Source: Nemertoderma westbladi
Lineage: Eukaryota; Animalia; Xenacoelomorpha
Reading direction: 5' to 3'
Assembly: GCA_032718475.1 (NCBI GenBank)
Contig: JAUCBJ010001979.1
Location: 59,339-123,338 of the forward strand
Length of the DNA stretch: 64,000 nt
A program made the translations under genes and the position numbers. The notes under the pieces are model-generated. The model was given only the letters and a program-made list of their open reading frames with translations. It was not told the DNA's origin and did not search any database. Below, piece after piece: positions 46,311 through 57,727 of this stretch (its first letter is position 1; each line of letters begins with the position of its first letter).

Positions 46311-49300
46311 ATGACAGCTCTACTACAGACTATGAATAAGCCAACGACAGCTCTACTACAGACCATGAATAAGCCAAGGACAGCTCTACTACAGACCATG
46401 AATAAGCCAATGAAAGCTGACAGCTCTACTACAGACTATGAATAAGCCAACAACAGCTCTACTACAGACCATGAATAAGCCAAGGACAGCTCTACTACAT
46501 ACTATGAATAAGCCAAGGACAGCTCTACTACAGACAATGAATAAGCCAAGGACAGCTCTACTACAGACCATGAATAACCCAAGGACAACTCTACTACAGA
46601 CCATGAATAAGCCTAGGACAGCTCTACTACATACTATGAATACGCCAAGGACAGCTCTACTACAGACCATGAATAACCCAAGGACAACTCTACTACAGAC
46701 CATGAATAAGCCTAGGACAGCTCTACTACATACTATGAATAAGCCAAGGACAGCTCTACTACAGACTATGAATAAGCCAACGACAGCTCTACTACAGACC
46801 ATGAATAAGCCAAGGACAGCTCTACTACAGACCAATAAGCCAAGGACAGCTCTTCTACAGACCATGAATAAGCCAAGGACAACTCTACTACAGACCATGA
46901 ATAAGCCAATGAAAGATCTACTGCAGACCATGAATAAGCCAAGGACAGCCCTACTACAGACCATGAATAACCCAAGGACAGCTCTACTACAGACCATGAA
47001 TAAGCCAAGGACAGCTCTACTACAGACCAATAAGCCAACGACAGCTCTACTACAGACCATGAATAAGCCAAGGACAGCTCTACTACATACTATGAATAAG
47101 CCAAGGACAGCTCTACTACAGACCAATAAGCCAACGACAGCTCTACTACAGACCATGAATAAGCCAAGGACAGCTCTACTACATACTATGAATAAGCCAA
47201 GGACAGCTCTACTACAGACAATGAATAAGCCAAGGACAGCTCTACTACAGACCATGAATAAGCCTAGGACAGCTCTACTACAGACCATGAATAAGCCAAG
47301 GAAAGCTGACAGCTCTACTACAGACCATGAATAACCCAAGGACAGCTCTACTACAGACCATGAATAAGCCAAGGACAGCTCTACTACAGACCAATAAGCC
47401 AACGACAGCTCTACTACAGACCATGAATAAGCCAAGGACAGCTCTACTACATACTATGAATAAGCCAAGGACAGCTCTACTACAGACAATGAATAAGCCA
47501 AGGACAGCTCTACTACAGACCAATAAGCCAACGACAGCTCTACTACAGACCATGAATAAGCCAAGGACAGCTCTACTACATACTATGAATAAGCCAAGGA
47601 CAGCTCTACTACAGACAATGAATAAGCCAAGGACAGCTCTACTACAGACCATGAATAACCCAAGGACAACTCTACTACAGACCATGAATAAGCCTAGGAC
47701 AGCTCTACTACATACTATGAATAAGCCAAGGACAGCTCTACTACAGACCATGAATAAGCCAAGGACAGCTCTACTACATACTATGAATAAGCCAAGGACA
47801 GCTCTACTACAGACAATGAATAAGCCAAGGACAGCTCTACTACAGACCATGAATAACCCAAGGACAACTCTACTACAGACCATGAATAAGCCTAGGACAG
47901 CTCTACTACATACTATGAATAAGCCAAGGACAGCTCTACTACAGACAATGAATAAGCCAAGGACAGCTCTACTACAGACCATGAATAAGCCAAGGACAGC
48001 TCTACTACATACTATGAATAAGCCAAGGACAGCTCTACTACAGACAATGAATAAGCCAAGGACAGCTCTACTACAGACCATGAATAACCCAAGGACAACT
48101 CTACTACAGACCATGAATAAGCCTAGGACAGCTCTACTACATACTATGAATAAGCCAAGGACAGCTCTACTACAGACCATGAATAAGCCAAGGACAGCTC
48201 TACTACATACTATGAATAAGCCAAGGACAGCTCTACTACAGACAATGAATAAGCCAAGGACAGCTCCACTACAGACCATGAATAACCCAAGGACAACTCT
48301 ACTACAGACCATGAATAAGCCTAGGACAGCTCTACTACATACTATGAATAAGCCAAGGACAGCTCTACTACAGACTATGAATAAGCCAAGGACAGCTCTA
48401 CTACAGACTATGAATAAGCCAACGACAGCTCTACTACAGACCATGAATAAGCCAAGGACAGCTCTACTACAGACCAATAAGCCAAGGACAGCTCTTCTAC
48501 AGACCATGAATAAGCCAAGGACAACTCTACTACAGACCATGAATAAGCCAATGAAAGATCTACTGCAGACCATGAATAAGCCAAGGAAAGATCTACTACA
48601 GACCATGAATAACCCAAGGACAGCTCTACTACAAACCATGAATAAGCCAAGGAAAGCTGACAGCTCTACTACAGACTATGAATAAGCCAACGACAGCTCT
48701 ACTACAGACCATGAATAAGCCAAGGACAGCTCTACTACAGACCATGAATAAGCCAAGGACAGCTGACAGCTCTACTACAGACTATGAATAAGCCAACGAC
48801 AGCTCTACTACAGACCATGAATAACCCAAGGAAAGCTCTACTACAGACCATGAATAACCCAAGGAAAGCTCTACTACAGACTATGAATAAGCCAACGACA
48901 GCTCTACTACAGACCATGAATAAGCCAAGGACAGCTCTACTACAGACCATGAATAAGCCAAGGACAGCTGACAGCTCTACTACAGACTATGAATAAGCCA
49001 AGGACAGCTCTACTACAGACCATGAATAACCCAAGGAAAGCTCTACTACATACTATGAATAAGCCAAGGACAGCTCTACTACAGACAATGAATAAGCCAA
49101 GGACAGCTCTACTACAGACCATGAATAACCCAAGGACAACTCTACTACAGACCATGAATAAGCCTAGGACAGCTCTACTACATACTATGAATAAGCCAAG
49201 GACAGCTCTACTACAGACTATGAATAAGCCAAGGACAGCTCTACTACAGACTATGAATAAGCCAACGACAGCTCTACTACAGACCATGAATAAGCCAAGG

Positions 49301-52300
49301 ACAGCTCTACTACAGACCAATAAGCCAAGGACAGCTCTTCTACAGACCATGAATAAGCCAAGGACAACTCTACTACAGACCATGAATAAGCCAATGAAAG
49401 ATCTACTGCAGACCATGAATAAGCCAAGGAAAGATCTACTACAGACCATGAATAACCCAAGGACAGCTCTACTACAAACCATGAATAAGCCAAGGAAAGC
49501 TGACAGCTCTACTACAGACTATGAATAAGCCAACGACAGCTCTACTACAGACCATGAATAAGCCAAGGACAGCTCTACTACAGACCATGAATAAGCCAAG
49601 GACAGCTGACAGCTCTACTACAGACTATGAATAAGCCAACGACAGCTCTACTACAGACCATGAATAACCCAAGGAAAGCTCTACTACAGACCATGAATAA
49701 CCCAAGGAAAGCTCTACTACAGACTATGAATAAGCCAACGACAGCTCTACTACAGACCATGAATAAGCCAAGGACAGCTCTACTACAGACCATGAATAAG
49801 CCAAGGACAGCTGACAGCTCTACTACAGACTATGAATAAGCCAAGGACAGCTCTACTACAGACCATGAATAACCCAAGGAAAGCTCTACTACAGACCATG
49901 AATAACCCAAGGAAAGCTCTACTACAGACTATGAATAAGCCAACGACAGCTCTACTACAGACCATGAATAAGCCAAGGACAGCTCTACTACAGACCATGA
50001 ATAACCCAAGGAAAGCTCTACTACAGACCATGAATAAGCCAAGGAAAGCTGACAGCTCTACTACAGACCATGAATAAGCCAAGGAAAGATCTACTACAGA
50101 CCATGAATAAGCCAAGGACAGCCCTACTACAGACCATGAATAACCCAAGGACAGCTCTACTACAGACCATGAATAAGCCAAGGAAAGCTGACAGCTCTAC
50201 TACAGACTATGAATAAGCAAAGGACAGCTCTACTACAAACCATGAATAAGCCAAGGACAGCTCTACTACAGACCATGAATAACCCAAGGACAGCTCTACT
50301 ACAGACCATAAATAAGCCAAGGAAAGCTGACAGCTCTACTACAGACCATGAATAAGCCAAGGAAAGCTGACAGCTCTACTACAGACTATGAATAACCCAA
50401 GGACAACTCTACTACAGACCATGAATAAGCCAAGGACAGCTCTACTACAGACCATGAATAAGCCAAGGACAGCTCTACTACAGACCATGAATAAGCCAAG
50501 GACAGCTCTACTACAGACCATGAATAAGCCCAGGACAGCTCTACTACAGACCATGAATAAGCCAAGCAAAGCTCTACTACAGACCATGAATAAGCCAAGG
50601 AAAGCTCTACTACAGACCATGAATAAGCCTAGGATAGCTCTACTACGTACCATGAATAAGCCAAGGACAACTCTACTACAGACCATGAATAAGCCTAGGA
50701 TAGCTCTACTACGTACCATGAATAAGCCTAGGACAGCTCTACTACAGACCATGAATAAGCCAAGGACAGCTGACAGCATTACTACAGACTATGAATAAGC
50801 CAACGACAGCTCTACTACAGACCATGAATAAGCCAAGGACAGCTCTACTACAGACCATGAATAACCCAAGGAAAGCTCTACTACAGACCATGAATAACCC
50901 AAGGAAAGCTCTACTACAGACTATGAATAAGCCAACGACAGCTCTACTACAGACCATGAATAAGCCAAGGACAGCTCTACTACAGACCATGAATAACCCA
51001 AGGAAAGCTCTACTACAGACTATGAATAAGCCAACGACAGCTCTACTACAGACCATGAATAAGCCAAGGACAGCTCTACTACAGACAATGAATAAGCCAA
51101 GGAAACATCTACTACAGACCATGAATAAGCCAAGGACAGCCCTACTACAGACCATGAATAACCCAAGGACAGCTCTACTACAGACCATGAATAAGCCAAG
51201 GAAAGCTGACAGCTCTACTACATACTATGAATAAGCCAAGGAAAGCTCTACTACAGACCATGAATAACCCAAGGACAGCTCTACTACAGACCATGAATAA
51301 GCCAAGGAAAGCTGACAGCTCTACTACAGACCATGAATAAGCCAAGGAAAGCTCTACTACAGACCATGAATAACCCAAGGACAGCTCTACTACAGACCAT
51401 GAATAACCCAAGGACAGCTCTACTACAGACCATGAATAAGCCAAGGAAAGCTGACAGCTCTACTACAGACCATGAATAAGCCAAGGAAAGCTGACAGCTC
51501 TACTACAGACTATGAATAAGCCAAGGACAGCTCTACTACAGACCATGAATAAGCCAAGGACAGCTCTACTACAGACCATGAATAAGCCAAGGACAGCTCT
51601 ACTACAGACCATGAATAACCCAAGGACAGCTCTACTACAGACCATGAATAAGCCAAGGACAGCTCTACTAGAGACCATGAATAACCCAAGGACAGCTCTA
51701 CTACAGACCATGAATAAGCCAAGGAAAGCTGACAGCTCTACTACATACTATGAATAAGCCAAGGACAGCTCTACTACAGACCATGAATAACCCAAGGACA
51801 GCTCTACTACAGACCATGAATAAGCCAAGGAAAGCTGACAGCTCTACTACAGACCATGAATAACCCAAGGAAAGCTCTACTACAGACCATGAATAACCCA
51901 AGGAAAGCTCTACTACAGACTATGAATAAGCCAAGGACAGCTCTACTACAGACCATGAATAAGCCAAGGACAGCTGACAGCTCTACTACAGACTATGAAT
52001 AAGCCAACGACAGCTCTACTACAGACCATGAATAAGCCAAGGACAGCTCTACTACAGACCATGAATAACCCAAGGAAAGCTCTACTACAGACCATGAATA
52101 ACCCAAGGAAAGCTCTACTACAGACTATGAATAAGCCAATGACAGCTCTACTACAGACCATGAATAAGCCAAGGACAGCTCTACTACAGACCATGAATAA
52201 CCCAAGGAAAGCTCTACTACAGACCATGAATAAGCCAAGGAAAGCTGACAGCTCTACTACAGACCATGAATAAGCCAAGGAAAGATCTACTACAGACCAT

Positions 52301-54003
52301 GAATAAGCCAAGGACAGCCCTACTACAGACCATGAATAACCCAAGGACAGCTCTACTACAGACCATGAATAAGCCAAGGAAAGCTGACAGCTCTACTACA
52401 GACTATGAATAAGCAAAGGACAGCTCTACTACAAACCATGAATAAGCCAAGGACAGCTCTACTACAGACCATGAATAACCCAAGGACAGCTCTACTACAG
52501 ACCATAAATAAGCCAAGGAAAGCTGACACCTCTACTACAGGCCATGAATAAGCCAAGGAAAGCTGACAGCTCTACTACAGACTATGAATAAGCCAAGGAC
52601 AGCTCTACTACAGACCATGAATAAGCCAAGGACAGCTCTACTACAGACCATGAATAAGCCAAGGACAGCTCTACTACAGACCATGAATAAGCCAAGGACA
52701 GCTCTACTACAGACCATGAATAAGCCTAGGACAGCTCTACTACAGACCATGAATAAGCCAAGCAAAGCTCTACTACAGACCATGAATAAGCCAAGGAAAG
52801 CTCTACTACAGACCATGAATAAGCCTAGGATAGCTCTACTACGTACCATGAATAAGCCAAGGACAACTCTACTACAGACCATGAATAAGCCTAGGATAGC
52901 TCTACTACGTACCATGAATAAGCCTAGGACAGCTCTACTACAGACCATGAATAAGCCAAGGACAGCTGACAGCATTACTACAGACTATGAATAAGCCAAC
53001 GACAGCTCTACTACAGACCATGAATAAGCCAAGGACAGCTCTACTACAGACCATGAATAACCCAAGGAAAGCTCTACTACAGACCATGAATAACCCAAGG
53101 AAAGCTCTACTACAGACTATGAATAAGCCAACGACAGCTCTACTACAGACCATGAATAAGCCAAGGACAGCTCTACTACAGACCATGAATAACCCAAGGA
53201 AAGCTCTACTACAGACTATGAATAAGCCAACGACAGCTCTACTACAGACCATGAATAAGCCAAGGACAGCTCTACTACAGACCATGAATAAGCCAAGGAC
53301 AGCTCTACTACAGACCATGAATAAGCCAAGGACAGCTCTACTACAGACCATGAATAAGCCAACGACAGCTCTACTACAGACCATGAATAAGCCAAGGACA
53401 GCTCTACTACAGACAATGAATAAGCCAAGGAAACATCTACTACAGACCATGAATAAGCCAAGGACAGCCCTACTACAGACCATGAATAACCCAAGGACAG
53501 CTCTACTACAGACCATGAATAAGCCAAGGAAAGCTGACAGCTCTACTACATACTATGAATAAGCCAAGGACAGCTCTACTACAGACCATGAATAACCCAA
53601 GGACAGCTCTACTACAGACCATGAATAAGCCAAGGAAAGCTGACAGCTCTACTACAGACCATGAATAAGCCAAGGAAAGCTGACAGCTCTACTACAGACT
53701 ATGAATAAGCCAAGGACAGCTCTACTACAGACCATGAATAAGCCAAGGACAGCTCTACTACAGACCATGAATAAGCCAAGGACAGCTCTACTACAGACCA
53801 TGAATAACCCAAGGACAGCTCTACTACAGACCATGAATAAGCCAAGGACAGCTCTACTAGAGACCATGAATAACCCAAGGACAGCTCTACTACAGACCAT
53901 GAATAAGCCAAGGAAAGCTGACAGCTCTACTACATACTATGAATAAGCCAAGGACAGCTCTACTACAGACCATGAATAACCCAAGGACAGCTCTACTACA
54001 GAC
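46311..54003 (+). repeat. 33-bp satellite array, segment 2
   Basis: Same monomer and orientation; resumes at ATGACAGCTC (46311) and ends at ...CTACTACAGAC (54003). Confidence 0.99.
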
Positions 54004-54400
54004 AGGAAATGTGAAGAAAATGTAACTGGTCAGAGACCTGGTAATGGTATTGCAACTGATCAAAGACCCGGTAATGATATTGTCCAACCTCACAGACTCT
54101 GTAATGAAAATGTAATTGTTAATAGACCCGGTAATGATAATGTAACTGATCAGAGACCCGGTAATGATAATGTAACTGATCAGAGACCCGGTAATGATAA
54201 TGTAACTGATCATAGACCCGGTAATTATAATGTAACTGATCAGAGAAGGGGTATTGATAATGTAACTGATCAGAGACCTGATAATGATAATGTCCAACCT
54301 GGCAGAATCTGTAATGATACTGTAACTGATCAGAGACCCAGTAACAAAAATGTAACTTATCACGATCAGAGACCCGGTAACGATAATCGAACTGATAATG
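54004..54400 (+). repeat. 30-bp coding minisatellite (about 13 units, QRPGNDNVTD) at the LINE 5' end
   Basis: Units of CAGAGACCCGGTAATGATAATGTAACTGAT, stop-free in the ORF2 frame. Confidence 0.93.
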
Positions 54401-57400
54401 AAAACGACCAGTTTCCCGATAATGCCGCGTTAAATGCGGCAGTAGAGGCTACAAACAAAATAGCAAACCCCTGGCTATCAAAATTCCGCCTCAGAGGAGT
54501 TCACTTCGCCCATATCAATATTAATAGTCTGAAGCCCAAAATAAGCGAACTGCGTATAATTCTGGAATCCCCCTTAATAGACGTTCTCGCTATATCTGAG
54601 ACCAAGATAGATGACTCAATATCAGATGATGAGATATCTATCCGTGGATATCATCTTCATAGGAGAGACAGGTCTAGGCATGGTGGAGGTGTGGCTCTTT
54701 TCATAAAAGAAGGACTAACCTTTGTTGAACTTAAGGAATGTAGGAAATCCCCATCAGAAATTTTGCTGGGTGAATTACTTTTGAGCAACACAAAGCCGAT
54801 CCTTACTGGCGTGGTCTACAGACCAGAGGCCGACTCAGCAATTTTCGTGAATATCGAGTCGATCATGGTTGACATATCTTCTTATAACGAGGTAATAATT
54901 ATGGGCGATACAAATGTCGATGTAACGCCGATTGCCGATACCAAAAATCTAAAACTGAAAACAAAGAACATCGACCATCTTACGTCAAACCATGATAATA
55001 TAAAGAAATTAATATCATTCTGCAACTGCAATGGACTAACTGAGATCATAGCGGAACCAACACGTGTTACCGCAACAACATCCACGATCATTGACCATAT
55101 CTTTGTATCCAACCCATCAATGGTAAATAACTCAGGAGTCATTAAGGAACGCATCAGTGACCACTATATGGTGTTCGCAACCAGAAAACGTCTTCATCAG
55201 CCAACACAATTGTCAACGACCATAACATGCAGATCGTACAGGTCATATACATCGACCAAGTTTGCTTCCGCCCTCAGTAGTAATGAGCAAATAACACAGA
55301 TAGAGACAAAGACAAATGTTAATATCGCCGTGGAATCACTAACCTCTGCGATAACATCAACCCTGGATTCCTTGGCACCATATGGTACCTTTCGAGTTAG
55401 GTCTAGAACCAAACCGTGGGTCGACAATGAAGTTATCGAGGCAATAGTTAAACGTAACAGAGCATCCCAGAAACTGCACACAATAAGATCCACAGACAAT
55501 GAATGCGAATACAGACTTCTGCGCAACTCAGCAACGAATATAATCAGGGCCAAGAAAAACAACTATATAAAGACAAAACTGACATCTGCAGGGAAGGACA
55601 GCCAGAAGCTCTGGAAGGCTCTCAAACTCATTGCACCACCTACAAAACGCCAGACACCCTCAGCGCCCCCTAGCGCGATTATAATAGATGGCGCCATATG
55701 TAGAGATGTACCAACAATCTGCAATGGCTTTAACCAGTACTTCACCAACATCGCTACAGAACTAATGTCTGACCTGCCACCCACGACTGGTAAATATGGT
55801 ATCGAAGCAACTAAGCAATATTATCGTCGACTAGGCGTTGTAGACAATGACTTTGAGCTACAACCAGCGACCGAGTCAGATGTAGCTGCTATACTAAACA
55901 AAATTGATGCCAGCAAGGCAACAGGACCTGACGACATTCCGGCGGCAGTAATCAAAGACAGTGCGGCTGTCCTACTTAAACCACTAACTCACATTATTAA
56001 TCTCTCCATTGCGAAATCGGAATTCCCACAAGGCTGGAAAAACGCCTGCGTGCAACCAGCGTACAAGAAGAAGGGACCATCGCTTGACAGAGGAAATTAC
56101 CGGGCAATAGCACTCCTGACCATTCTCTCGAAGATCCTGGAACGAGTTGGTTACAATCAACTGCTGTACTACCTAATTTCTAGGAAGCTCATATACAGAC
56201 TGCAATCGGGTTTTAGGCCCGGCTATTCAACGGAGTCAGCTTTATTAATGGTAGATAATGTAATAAGGGAAGCCATAGACAAAGGGAGAGTGACTGGGAT
56301 GGTCCTTATCGATCTACGCAAAGCGTTTACAACAGTCAACCATACGATCTTACTGCAGAAACTAAGAGCATTAGGGGCCTCAGAAGCAACAATAAAATGG
56401 TTTAAATCATATTTAACCGGCCGATCCCAATATGTGCGAATCGGAAAATCCAAATCAACTCGACTTAGTATAGAACATGGAGTCCCAGAGGGATCCGTCC
56501 TGGGTGCCCTCCTTTACATAGTTGAAACAAATGATTTTCATCAGGTAATAGAAGATGATACAGTCGACCCATCGTTTGCCGATGACACAGCCCTACTCAT
56601 GAGCAACGAAGACACTAAAGCTATATCAAAATCGTTAACCGAAACCATGGGACGCGTTGCCGAATGGTGTGCAGAGAACAAGTTAACCATTAATTATGGT
56701 AAGACTGAATGCATCTTACTGGGATCCCACCAGCGTGTCGCTGCGTCAGATGAAATGAAAGTTTTCTGCAATGACAAACCAGTCACAAACTCCATGTCAG
56801 TAAAATACCTAGGAGCCGAAATTAACACGCATCTGACCGGTTTAGAGATGGCGACAAAAATAATAAAAAAAGGTAACAATCGCCTAAAGTTTCTACATCG
56901 TAACGGAGCAGTACTTGACCAGCACACAAGAAGGCTCCTTTGTAATACCCTAATACAGCCGCACATTGACTATGCGGCAACCACGTGGTTCAACTCTATA
57001 ACTCTAAAGTACAAAAACCAACTGGAGGCCCTAGTACGGAAATGTATTCGTTTTTGCCTAAAACTAGGTGCCAGAGAACACATTGGCCTCCTTCACTACA
57101 AGGCAATCAACTGGCTACCATTACCCCAGCGTGTCGAGGCTGTCACGCTGGCACACATGTACAGGATCGCACATGGTACGGCGCCAGAATACCTCTCCGA
57201 CATGATTACACCGGCTCCTGGGAGACGCAGCGCACGCTCTCACAACCAACAACAAATCATTCCACAGAGGTCTACTATCTACGGGCAGCACGCGTTCAGC
57301 TACAAGGGACCACTCCATTGGAATCGCCTACCCCAGACCATAGTGAATGCGCCCTCCCTTGATGCCTTCAAACACCAACTGAAAAAACACATATTAACAA

Positions 57401-57423
57401 ATCTGGCAGAAACCGATATCTGA
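54004..57423 (+). CDS. LINE ORF2: apurinic-like endonuclease plus reverse transcriptase (open frame of 1139 codons, 5'-truncated, no start codon)
   Basis: Manual translation shows the frame of track ORF 54691-57423 is open back to the junction. APE motifs: HININSL, AISET, RRDR..GGGV, VYRP, MGDTN, PTR, IDHIF, SDH. RT motifs: KATGPDDIP, NYRAI, QSGFR, DLRKAF, GVPEGSVLG, FADD, VKYLG. Confidence 0.95.
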   Translation, partial: RKCEENVTGQRPGNGIATDQRPGNDIVQPHRLCNENVIVNRPGNDNVTDQRPGNDNVTDQRPGNDNVTDHRPGNYNVTDQRRGIDNVTDQRPDNDNVQPGRICNDTVTDQRPSNKNVTYHDQRPGNDNRTDNENDQFPDNAALNAAVEATNKIANPWLSKFRLRGVHFAHININSLKPKISELRIILESPLIDVLAISETKIDDSISDDEISIRGYHLHRRDRSRHGGGVALFIKEGLTFVELKECRKSPSEILLGELLLSNTKPILTGVVYRPEADSAIFVNIESIMVDISSYNEVIIMGDTNVDVTPIADTKNLKLKTKNIDHLTSNHDNIKKLISFCNCNGLTEIIAEPTRVTATTSTIIDHIFVSNPSMVNNSGVIKERISDHYMVFATRKRLHQPTQLSTTITCRSYRSYTSTKFASALSSNEQITQIETKTNVNIAVESLTSAITSTLDSLAPYGTFRVRSRTKPWVDNEVIEAIVKRNRASQKLHTIRSTDNECEYRLLRNSATNIIRAKKNNYIKTKLTSAGKDSQKLWKALKLIAPPTKRQTPSAPPSAIIIDGAICRDVPTICNGFNQYFTNIATELMSDLPPTTGKYGIEATKQYYRRLGVVDNDFELQPATESDVAAILNKIDASKATGPDDIPAAVIKDSAAVLLKPLTHIINLSIAKSEFPQGWKNACVQPAYKKKGPSLDRGNYRAIALLTILSKILERVGYNQLLYYLISRKLIYRLQSGFRPGYSTESALLMVDNVIREAIDKGRVTGMVLIDLRKAFTTVNHTILLQKLRALGASEATIKWFKSYLTGRSQYVRIGKSKSTRLSIEHGVPEGSVLGALLYIVETNDFHQVIEDDTVDPSFADDTALLMSNEDTKAISKSLTETMGRVAEWCAENKLTINYGKTECILLGSHQRVAASDEMKVFCNDKPVTNSMSVKYLGAEINTHLTGLEMATKIIKKGNNRLKFLHRNGAVLDQHTRRLLCNTLIQPHIDYAATTWFNSITLKYKNQLEALVRKCIRFCLKLGAREHIGLLHYKAINWLPLPQRVEAVTLAHMYRIAHGTAPEYLSDMITPAPGRRSARSHNQQQIIPQRSTIYGQHAFSYKGPLHWNRLPQTIVNAPSLDAFKHQLKKHILTNLAETDI

Positions 57424-57492
57424 AAACACCTGTTCGAGGCTGAGCCCCCCTCTTAACTTTTTAACATTAATATTATCCACTATTTTATTTAT

Positions 57493-57537
57493 AGGACCCT
57501 CATGGAAACGAGGTTTAATACCTCATGAGGCTATCCT
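57493..57537 (+). other. LINE 3'UTR stem-loop (putative RT recognition element)
   Basis: Nested complementary arms AGGA/TCCT, CCTCAT/ATGAGG and GAGGT/ACCTC around a GGAAA bulge. Resembles the GGACC..ATGGAAA..ATCC 3' motif recalled from L2/Crack-type LINEs. Confidence 0.65.
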
Positions 57538-57698
57538 TACACTTGGTTTTAATTCACAATTTTTTTATAATCGAATGTTTTTACTTTACACACTCAAATA
57601 ACTATTATGTAATTTACTTAACATTTTACGACATGTCCCCTTACAGTTAGTAATTATGTTCGGTGCAGTTCGTTTTTAGCCAGCTCTACCACCAGTGC

Positions 57699-57727
57699 AA
57701 AAAAAAATCAATCAATCAATCAATCAA
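57699..57727 (+). repeat. LINE 3' tail A9(TCAA)5
   Basis: AAAAAAAAATCAATCAATCAATCAATCAA read directly. Short-repeat tails are typical of CR1/L2 LINEs. Confidence 0.93.

Larger units (their letters stand above)
54004..57726 (+). mobile_element. 5'-truncated non-LTR retrotransposon, CR1 group (L2/Crack/Daphne-like)
   Basis: APE+RT reading frame, about 300-bp 3'UTR with a stem-loop, and an A9(TCAA)5 tail. AGAC occurs at both junctions (54000-54003 and 57727-57730). No ORF1 or 5'UTR present. Confidence 0.95.

Noticed and set aside
53890-54363. 157-aa Ile/Ser-rich minus-strand ORF
   Set aside because: It is the antisense reading of the LINE 30-bp repeat running into the satellite.
54691-54693. 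GTG start for ORF2, implying an autonomous full-length LINE
   Set aside because: It lies inside the endonuclease domain. The frame is open upstream with no in-frame ATG, and the satellite frame has TAA at 53977-53979, so the copy is 5'-truncated.
54882-57362. Small ORFs overlapping LINE ORF2 (minus strand and 56985-57362 plus strand)
   Set aside because: Shadow frames of the APE-RT gene with no independent motifs.
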